Shown here: piece after piece, positions 22,401-32,572 of the stretch
Numbering within the stretch: the stretch's first letter is position 1
Layout of the letters: each line of letters starts with the position of its first letter
Assembly: GCA_002269645.1 (NCBI GenBank)
Contig: NIVC01003182.1
Location: forward strand, 49,595-113,594
Direction of reading: 5' to 3'
From: Macrostomum lignano
Taxonomy: Eukaryota
Length of the DNA stretch: 64,000 bases
Program-made: the position numbers and the translations under genes
Notes under the pieces: generated by a model
The model's input: only the letters and a program-made list of their open reading frames with translations
Databases searched by the model: none
What the model was told of the DNA's origin: nothing

Positions 22401-25400
22401 TTAGAAGGCAAAACACCTACCAAAAGGGTAGACTAATCTATACCTAAAGTCAAAGTAAGCTGTGACCATACATGTGCAACAGTTGGCTAAGTTGGCCAAT
22501 TTGGCTGACTGATTTGGCGGCCAACCAAGGTAATTCACAAAAATGGTCACCCAAATTAATACCAAGTATTACTAAGTAGATGATGAGGCATTTTGTGTTA
22601 ATAAGACAGTCATAGTTATTCCTGCCGTGTACCCAAAGTTGTATTAATTTTGCTTTAGGGTCTCTTTTAGATGTAAGTTTCATTTTTGGACAAAAACTAT
22701 GTCACATTTATGTTAAAACTAAGTCATACCACTGACCGAATTTTGGAGGTTGCACATGTATGGCTGTGACCCTCTGATCCCAAGGAATGCCTAGTACTAA
22801 GAGAAAGAGATTGTAGAAGAAAAATTAGGAAGTATAGAAATAAGATAGATTGTGAAGACCACTTAGGCCAATAAGTATATAATATGCTATCAATTTTATA
22901 TGCAACGGCTCATTCCATATAAGCATGGTCGTAACATGACAGGTTATTTTTACTTATAAAATGAAATCTAATAATAGAATATACTAAACCAATATTTTAA
23001 ATGAAAGATTATTTTGTCTAGAATATATTTATAGAGTTTCATATAGATATCATCATTAGTATAGATGCTATTAAACCTTAAATGACACTTATGGTCGTAA
23101 CGACAGGATTTTTGACATATAGAAACTAAAAGGTAAAAGTCTTATAACATTTTTCATTTTTGATATTTTGCAATACATTTTTAAAATTTGACTAAGAACA
23201 TCTTTAGAAATCATACTCTTTTATTAGAATATATAAACTCAAAAGGCAACAAAGATACAAAAGAAAAGGCAGCCTTATGGTCGTAACATTATGGTCGTAA
23301 CATATTTTTTTTCTGTCAATTCAGTAACTTTGAGGTACTAATACATTAAAAATATAATAGATTATTTGGTCACCAATGCTTTTATCTGATGATGCAAGTA
23401 CTATACTTTTATCTATAGTTTGTTTCAACCTTCAAAAGCTTTCTATTTGTTTTTAAAAGGTACAAAATCTTAATGATGTCTTTTGCTTCGAAAAATGTCC
23501 AAATTTTTACAAAAATGACTTTTTGCCAATTGATAACATACTAATCCAACATTTTACCATTCCTTTATTCTTAGATTGTATATATTGCACAATATAAACA
23601 TTTGGTAAAAAAATAGGCTAATTAGGCAATGGCAAGCAAAAATATTGACTTTTTTCTATTTTCCAAATATGTCCATCTTATATGGAATGAGCCCAACACT
23701 ACTAGTAGATCAATACATGTATTATTAGTAAATAATATAGTGCCAGAAGTACATCAAATATTACATATAAGAATAATCTAGAACATTGGTTGCAGCTTTT
23801 AGGATACTTATAGTAAGAAGAACTAGCCCTATTACAGCTAGTAGCAGCAATAAGATTTCTCATAGTATAGGAAAGAGGCCTGCAATAACTTAGTAGCATC
23901 AGTAAGAAAATCTTTAAAAACAATGAGAATGTTATTAGAGGATAGAACTTTTCCTTTGAAACTTCTATCTTCTTTATTTCTTTCTTCTCTCCTCTTATCT
24001 CTTCTCTTCTTTCTTCTCTCCTCTTATCTCTTCTCTTCTTTCTTCTCTCCTTTCTACTATTTTCTCTTTTCTCTCCTCTTTTCTCTCTTATCTCTGCTCT
24101 TTTTTCTCTCCTTTCTCCTCTTTTATCTTTTTTCATTTCTCTTTGCTTTCTACTCTTTCTTCTCTCTATTCTTTTAGATCATTCCTCAGTCTCCCTTCTC
24201 TCAACATTTCCCTTTTCTCTCCTCTCTTCTTTCTTCTCTCAACTTTCCTCTCTACTCTTTCTTTTTTCTCTCTCCTCTCATCTCTTCTCTTCTTTCCTCT
24301 CTCCTCTCTCCCTTCTTCTCGTCTTTTCCCTCACCTCTTTTCTCATCTTTCCCTCACCTTTCTTCTTTTCTTTGCTTTCTTGTTTTTCTTCTTTTATCTT
24401 TTATCTTCTCTCATTTCTCTCTTTCTCTCTCTCTCTCTCTTTCTCTGCTCTCTTTTCCTACCTCTCCTTACTGCCCTGACAAAGAGTAAAACTATTGGAA
24501 GTACCAGAAAATCTAACCAAATTGACTTATATCAGTCTTTTTTTTACCAAGTCAGAGTCTGAGATTGGAGGTTCCCTCCTCTTTCCCTCTCTCTTATATG
24601 TATCTCTCCTATCATCCCTAGCATCTCTCTTATATGCTCTCTTTTTCCATATCTTCTTTTTTCTCTTCTCTCCTGACTCACTTCTTTCTCCCTTTATTTT
24701 TGTTCTCTCCTCTTGTATCTCATAATCTCATCTATCTTACCTTTTATCCCTCCTCTATTCTCTCTACTCTCCCTTTTTTTATCTGTAATCTTTACTCTCT
24801 TATATGTTCTTTAATCTCTCTCTCTCTGTACTATTTCCTTCCCCTTTTTTAACTCCTCTTTTTTTCTTTCTCCTTTTTTCTATTCTCTTTTCTTCCTTTT
24901 TCTATACTATCTCCCTCTCTTGTCTTTTGTTTTATCTCTCCACTTTCCTTTCTCCTCCTTGATCTCTCATTTTTTATCTCTCCTTACACTTCTTTTCTCT
25001 TTTCCCTTTACTTTTTCATTGCTCCTTTCACCTCTTTCCTCTGCTCTTCTCTCTCCTCTTATCTGCAGCTCTCTGCTCTCTCATCTCTACTTTCTTCTCT
25101 CTCCTCTCTCCCCTTCTCTCCTCTCTTTTCCCCTCGTCTCTTATTATTTTCCATCTTTTTTCTTATCTCCTTTTTTACCTTTTCTTTTTTCTAATTATGT
25201 TCTTTCTTTCCACTTATCTCTCATCTGCCTCTCAGCCATGAGCTGGATTCTTGTCTGGACTTTGAGGTAAAAGTCTACCTATCCCTGCTTGGAAAGCCAG
25301 TTTGTGAGACATAGTACTCTCATGGTTGTTTTCATGCTTTAATCATGTCATCTTTCTTGCCAATTCTTAGGAGGCCATTTAAATTTTTTAAAGTACTTCT

Positions 25401-28400
25401 TAAGAGAAACTTAAAATTTCCATGACTAATTTAGTAGGGTTATATTGCATTGCATTGCCTTTTCATAAATCTTTGGCTTTTACAAACCATGCTAGATGTG
25501 GATGGATTGCTTTGATTTGCCAATTGCCATCCAACTGCTATAGAGTTTGCCTATACAGAGGGCAGTGGTTAGAATTTCTGACTTAACTATTATGGCAAAA
25601 ATGTAGCCTTTCCACAGGGGTGCAGAAGGCTATAAATAAATCTATTCCAAAACACTATACATTCACTATGTATATTTAGTCCTATTGCCTTACCCTTGGT
25701 CTAGCTCTGGGGAATGAGTGAGTGAGTGGCACAAACAACAGAAAAAGCAGACAAACTTTATATACTTACAGTTTTTGTTCTGATTGAGTTATAAAGTAGT
25801 TGAAACTTTAATAAACATAAATAAACTAATTTTGCAATAGTGCAACACACCAAAATTTAACAACTTTGTGCAGTAGGTAGTTATATAGTATATGTACAAT
25901 TATTCCAATATCATAGTCAAGATGGCATATGCACACTAGAATTAAATTTAGGAAGAGGCTCCATAGTCTTAAGTATACACTATATATATAATAATTTTTT
26001 GCTTTGCATGCTGCATGCAAGAGGGTTGGATCAAATCCACTAAATTTATTGCCTAATGGCTAGGGGGAAATTATAAGTTGGAGCATTGCAGCAATAAAGG
26101 ACTTTTTTGCATTTTGCCTTTTTATACACAATTGCAGATAAACAATGCTTATAGAAATGCTTCATTTTTGTGACTTGAATATATTTTAGCTTTTTAATTA
26201 TAAAACTTACAATGTATCTTTCAAAATTAATATACAATAGACCCCTAATCATTTCAAAGATGACAAATATCACCATGTTTTAAAAAGACTGAAATTTTTT
26301 GTGTATATAGACTATGGACCATTCAAAATGCATGCCCAAAAAATTTGCACCTTAAATATTCAAAAAAATATATTATATTTTTGCTATCTTTTAGCGTGTT
26401 GAAATTTTGAACTCATTTTTGCCAAATTTTTGGCATGCAAAATGCACATAGAATTTTCTGGCAAATATGGCCTTTTTCTAAGTATGGTTCTGATAGGGCT
26501 ATTATTATATAAAATGTTTGCTAGAAGTTTTATTATAAGTTTCTCTATATTTAAAATGTCTAAAATAAGATAGTAAGGATTTGGCCTATTATAAGATATG
26601 CATAGTTATTTGTGCTATTTATCCAATTATATAAAAAACACTAAATTTTCATTACTATACCTATGTGTAATATAGGGATATACTATACCATTTTCCTTAC
26701 TTATTTTTATATTGCTTTCTAATAAAAAATAAGAAAATAGAACTGCCTATTATGTTTTATTAAAGATAATAAAAATTATGATTTCTTATAGGAATTTGAA
26801 TGTATTTTTATAATAGGCCTACAAATGCAATAAGCTACACAAGGTGCTAAATACAATTAGCTATAGAAGGCACTAGGGGGTCAGACGGGATAAAAAATTT
26901 TGGGATCGGTTAGGATTGGGATTGAAAAAAAAATCGGGATTGGGATTCAGGATAGGGGCAAATGAACTCCATATGGATACAAAGGATTAGGATTATTTTA
27001 GGATTTATTAGAGATATCCCGAAAGAGCAATTTCCTTGAAATCAAAATTTGTTAACTTTCTAAACTCAAAATTGAAATTTTCCAAAATCAAAATGCAGAA
27101 AAATAAAGTTTAGAATGACCAATACTCACTTTTTACATTCAATGTACTGCTTATGCAAAATGAAATACATGTATATGTAGCAGAAATTAGTATATATTTA
27201 GCAATTTTTAGACATTTCCAAATTTTGACTTTAATTTTATTTGGCAAGGGGCTTGAAACGATAGTTTAAATAGTTTAAACAATTTGTTTCACTTAAATAT
27301 CTCTAGTAAAATGACTAAGGCAAAAACTTCTAATTTGCAGAAAAAAAAATAAAAATGACATTAGCCTATCCTGATTCCCAAAATTAAAGTTGTCGGGATC
27401 GGGATCAGGATCCCGTCCAACCCCTAGAAGGCACCAAACACAATTCAACAGATGTCAACTAATTATAGTAAACAACAAATGTTAGGCTAAGCTTTTACTA
27501 TATATAATAATCATCTTTCTATTAGAAATCAAATGGAAAGTAAAAAACCATGCTGCCAACAATATAAATACAAAAAATATATGCTAGAAAATTCTGATAT
27601 ACGATAGACCTAAAAAATGGTTAGTATAAAGTATCTAATGTACAGAAAAATCTGCCAGAAAATTATACCACAGCTAGTATATAGTATAGCTACTATTAAT
27701 ATATACAAAAGACTAAAATGTTATAATGTAAAAAAGAATCTTATATTGTTACAATGCAATAAAGGTCTTTCCTTAAATTGTTACAATATAAAAAAGGGAT
27801 TTTATTGTTATTAAAACACTTTTTTGATAATTTCCAGCATATACATCACAAGTTTTGGCCTAAATTTGAAGTTATGGTATAGGGGGTCATTTTTTGGGGG
27901 TGCCAGTTGTTTTGTTTGCTGAGCAGATGAAAAGTTTTCTTTTTCAAAAACTATTTATTTGCCACAAAATGGAGGTGGAGGATGTGGAGTAAAGTGAGAA
28001 GCTGCCTAATCTACAACCTCTTTATTAATCTTTTCATATTCTTTTTCGGCTTTTGCCTAAACCACATATTTGGTGCTACTATTGACTACAATCATCATAT
28101 TGTAAAGCTTGCTGTTTGATGCTTAAATTTTTTACAAATGACACAGATGTCTTGCATCTAAGAAATTTTGAATGAAAATAATTATTTGCCAATACTTTTA
28201 TCTTTATTAAATTTTTAATAGTTTCTATTCCACTGTTTTCAATTAAGCTTTTTTATGTGTATATTGTAAATTAGTTTATTAAAATGATGATCAAAGACCC
28301 TTATATACATATAGCACTTTATAATAATATTAAAGATTAGATAGATTGTTGGGCAGCTTCCCAATCCTAACCCTACTCCTTATCCCTACTCTACTCTATT

Positions 28401-29109
28401 TCCTAAAAGACAAATAGTTTTTAAAATGAAAGGGTGTTTTGTCTTTTTAGTAGATGAACTGTTGGCAGACAAATGAACTAAAAACCATTTTTGGCATACT
28501 ATATAATAGATTTAAGTGTGGTTCAAAGACAATTGGTTAAAATTATTCTTTTCATAGAAAAAAATTAATATATTTATTGTCAATATTGAGAACTAGTTTC
28601 TAAAAATGACATTTTTGATGGTACTTTTTTGAGAAATTGGACTCAATTTCCAATTCCTACTAAAAAGTGTATTTAATATAATTAATTAATTAAATTCTTT
28701 ACAATTATTAAACTACTCAATTTATTTAATGGGCACTACACAGTTATAGAGTATTTTTCCTATAGAAAATTTCTTTATATAACACTTTCTATTTTTAGTT
28801 ATCTAAGTTATTTTTAAACTAGAAAAAATTTTTTTTATATTTTTGTTCACATTTCTATATATCTCACTAACTAAAGATAAAGTCTACTACAAATGGTACA
28901 TAAAAAAGGAATTTTTAAAGGATAGACATAGTTTTAAATGAGTCAAAAAGCATTTTGTTTCAACAAAAATATCATTTTTCCAGCAAACAAAACATTTTGT
29001 CCTGTTTTTTTACAAACACTAGGCTTGTACAACTAAGATCGCTGATTATAGATACTTACCCTATTTCATTTCCAGCTGAGTCAGTGGGTACATCCATTTC
29101 GGTCGACAT
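16414..29109 (-). CDS. DAZAP1: DAZAP1/Hrp48-like RNA-binding protein (2 RRM plus G/Q/W-rich tail), 7 coding exons, 344 aa
   Basis: Exons 29109-29060 (MSTEMDVPTDSAGNEIG), 19730-19481, 19013-18924, 18802-18754, 17900-17818, 17371-17111, 16665-16414; phase-consistent (1035 nt). RNP motifs KIFVGGL/RGFGYI and KIFVGGI/RGFAFV; EIGKIFVGG start and FHPYKR end are typical of DAZAP1. Intron 1 is 9.3 kb. Confidence 0.88.
16730..17050. repeat. ~20-bp intronic minisatellite with AGGGATTTCCC core
   Basis: About ten imperfect copies in the last DAZAP1 intron. Confidence 0.7.
19038..19266 (-). mobile_element. SINE family 1, 5'-truncated copy
   Basis: Reverse complement aligns with 51210-51434 and 60990-61189; short A tail at 19038-19043. 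Confidence 0.8.
20515..20770. repeat. Unclassified repeat; diverged second copy at about 22325-22880
   Basis: Collinear blocks ATAGCCCC.AAATT, CCATTCTT.AGA.AAC, TCACCTT.AAGGCA.AA, GTAAGCTGTGACCCTCTGA. Confidence 0.6.
22467..22762. mobile_element. hAT-type MITE (copy B, same family as 11242-11532, opposite orientation)
   Basis: TIR CATACATGTGCAAC; 8-bp TSD GCTGTGAC (22459-22466, 22763-22770); interior collinear with copy A. Confidence 0.9.
22907..23693. mobile_element. Unclassified TIR element (MITE)
   Basis: 17-bp perfect TIR GGCTCATTCCATATAAG; CAAC on both flanks; four internal ATGGTCGTAAC motifs. Confidence 0.7.
23960..25230. repeat. Long polypyrimidine/polypurine low-complexity tract
   Basis: Overwhelmingly C/T on the plus strand, with one ~100-bp interruption near 24476-24575. 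Confidence 0.9.
26874..27426. mobile_element. hAT-type MITE
   Basis: Imperfect TIRs TAGGGGGTCAGACGGGAT / TAGGGGTTGGACGGGAT; 8-bp TSD GAAGGCAC (26866-26873, 27427-27434); subterminal GGGAT repeats. Confidence 0.85.
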
Positions 29110-32100
29110 TTATGTATCTTTAAAAGTAAAAATTCTACAATTAAATACAGTAATAATGTCGTACAATACCTTACTACTATACTACTACGTAAGACCTAGA
29201 ATTTGCAAGCGTGAAAATATTACCGTTTTCATTTATTTTTAAATTTTGTCTTTCGGTAATGGAATTTCAGAGAAATGTTCAGATGTCTGAACAGATAGTT
29301 CCATAAATAATTGTTTTCTTTGTGATATTTTTACAGCCACGGATTAAATGATTTTTTTACTTTTGGGATCATTATTTTGTTTCTGCATAGTTGTAAGACC
29401 TAGAAAATTATCAATCATTGAATATGTAAAAAATCGTATAGAAACTAAAAATATTGACCTACTTTTCGTAATTTTTCCGGAGTTAATCAATAAAAAATGA
29501 TTTACAGCGAGTTTAAATTAGCCAAATTTATACTGAACTTTCTTCAGTCGGCACCCAAGTGAACCGAATGTTGTTATATTAATGGCTGATGGAGAAAAAC
29601 GTTAGAAACACAACATAGTCCTGCAAACAAGTTGTTGTCTTTGTTGTTGTTGCTGTGTTGACATCGTGCATGAATAGTACAGAGTACATGTTCATTAGTA
29701 AAGCATAATTTTTCAAAAATTATTACAGTAACGCAACGTTTTTGCGTCTAAACTCGTTTAGTTCTTTAATTTGGGGTATATATATTTTATAATTGTAGCG
29801 GCATCTACATTAGATACTATCGCGACTTTAAGAAATCCCTGCTGCAACTAACCACTAAAAGATATGCATCATGCACAGATGGATTATTCACTACACAGCA
29901 TGATCTACATGTACATGTAAAAATGGTACATTGGTCTTCTCCATGCCGGTTTTTAACCATAATTACATATACCAGTGCAACATTTACATGGTACATGCAT
30001 GCACATGTACTGCATCTGATGTACACGTATATTGTACTACGGCTGCATGTGCATCAAATACATTTGCATGCATATATGCATTGTATCCATTATTATATAG
30101 CCATACATGTACTTTGAGTTGATGCGCACATGCTGGTTATAATGTCGACATATGGTATACATCAAATGCGCATAATTTTATGACGTAAAATTGCATGCGC
30201 ATATACATTACATGCATTGTTTATTGTAGCTATATATATTAGATGTACTTTTGCCTTGGTGTATACAGTAAGCTTATAATAGACCACAACTTCCAACTTT
30301 AAATGTACTGAATACAATATTTTCATGAATTATTCAAGAGTATGATGGGTTTCGACCTTCGGGCTCCTTGTTATGGGAGCCTTCGGGCCTCAGGCTCAGA
30401 AATAAATCAATTAGAGACCTGGCCCCCCACTCCTGTCAGATGGTCAGCCCCATGGTAGCTTGATCGTGTGGCGAGCAGTCTAGGTCCTATAGCTAAGAGA
30501 GGGACAGCGAGAGACGAGCAGGGAGAATTTTGAAAGTAGAAATTAGCTAATCCGCAGATCAACTAACTTGCTGCCACCAGCCCGTGCGCCCTGGCTCACC
30601 ACACCGGGACTCTCGAAATCGGGCTTCCGACTAGAAGGGGCTTTGCACTTACCTGCCAACTATAGTGTCTTTTTGCTGTCAATCTCGAAGTCATAGCCGA
30701 TGATAAGGGACACTGCTGGGACTAGATCGCATTGGCCATGCAGGTACAGAGGGGACTTGTGCAGGGGATTCTTGCGGTGGCGAGTCTATGGGGTAGCTGC
30801 ATGTACTATTACATTGCTAAATACGAAGATATGTACTTTTGGCCTTCAACGCGCCAACTAGCCTCTCATAGCGCTGATGATAGACTAACTCGAACTTCAG
30901 AGACCGCATGATTCATTTACCCGAGCCGCTTGGCTACCCTAGAGTGCACAAAGTACATCTCTGGCGCCGATTCTGCACTTCTGGCAGTTTTGCTCACTAA
31001 TTTGATAGATTGGTTGACTGAGAATTGCCTTGCCATTGGTCCACTGTGACCGGCGCCTACTAGCTTAGCTACTCATCTGAGCCATCGGCGAACAAAGAAA
31101 TAAAACCGATAAAAATAACTGTTAGATTTAACCTTCTCCTTAGTTCACTTCACACTTCAGATTGAATTGGAGTCTTAGACTACTAGCAGTATTATTGAAT
31201 GATTTCTGCCTCAGCAACAGCACTACTGAACAAAATGAGCAAAAGTGTGCGCCTAATTCAGCTACTGCAACAGGGGACAGATAAGGGATCACCCAATCAA
31301 GCAAGTCCCCAGGTAGCCTCTCACCCAACCAATCAGAAACTCAACAGCCGGAGACCAGGTAATCCACAGTGACCGAATCGGCTCGATACTCTGCAGCTGT
31401 AGACTCGGGATGATGCTGTCACAATCTTCGCTGTTAGCTAGCAGGTGATGCTCTTAACTTGATGTTCGCTGCTGATGACCGGGGGACTCGTCCTTGATGA
31501 TGATGGGGGGAAGTCGCAATCCGGGGATCAAGAAACGACGGTCGTGCTCCGGGAACCAGAAGTTGCGCGCTGGGCCCGAGCCAAAGTTGAGTCCGAGCGG
31601 GCCAAAAACTCCGGTTTAAATAGCCGCCAACTGGACCGCAGTTTGTTATAATGGAACACGTCGATTCTGATTGGCTGAGCCGTTTTGTTAAAATGAGCGC
31701 CGAATTTTCTGATTGGCTAAGCTTGTTGCCACCCAGAATCACGTGACCAAGAGATCCTATCAGTTCCCACAGGGTCGTAAAAAGATGACAGGTGCGGCCA
31801 TAAATCACTCAAAATTGCAACAAAATGATTTATGACTTTTCGCGTAGGATTGACAGAAATTAATGAAAAAATATACATTAGAAAGCTCTTATTAAATAGA
31901 AAGTGAGGATAATGAAGAGAAATTGCTAATCGCTAATCCCAAGGTACTTTTAGGGGTAAAACGCATAGCTGTCAAAGCTGTCACACGCTTAAGTGAACAC
32001 GAACAATAGGCTCTGACCTCATAAATCTTGATGGCCTGTCAAAATGATGAGAAAAAAGCTACCGCCCGCATCCTCTCAGACCATCTGGCGCCCGCTTCAA

Positions 32101-32572
32101 CACTGAGTGAGGCGCAGGTGGCTGTCAGACCAACTTCGAAAGCGATGATTTATGACCCAAAAAGCTGCGCCTATGTTATTATGACTACTAGTATGACCAG
32201 ACATTATATCTAGTATAGATTCTATGAAAATTCGCAGAAAAAGAATAAAAATGCCCATTGCCCACTGTTAGTAGGCAAGTAAGTTTAGAGCCCATGTGCT
32301 AGCGCGGGATTTGGGAAAAAGTGCGTCCTCATCAAGTACATGTATATCATGTATACAGCTCTGATCAGTAATTTATACATGTATAGTAGAAGGCGTTCGA
32401 GGTAAATGTATACAGTGTATTTATATTTACATACATGTGCATGTACATGTAGATGCAAATCGCAGTTGGAGTAATGATATAATTGCTAAATAAAATTGTA
32501 TGCTTATTTACCCCATATATCTACAGCCAGCCATGACCTTAAGCGTCGCTTAATTAAGGCGTCGCTTAAGCT

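Noticed and set aside
23702-25270. Leu/Ser/Phe-rich or Arg/Glu/Lys-rich ORFs
   Set aside because: Products of the C/T low-complexity tract.
30340-30900. Hammerhead ribozyme candidates (CTGATGA near 30874; GGTCGAAAC on the minus strand near 30350)
   Set aside because: No instance has both the CUGANGA and GAAA core segments with a closing stem II.
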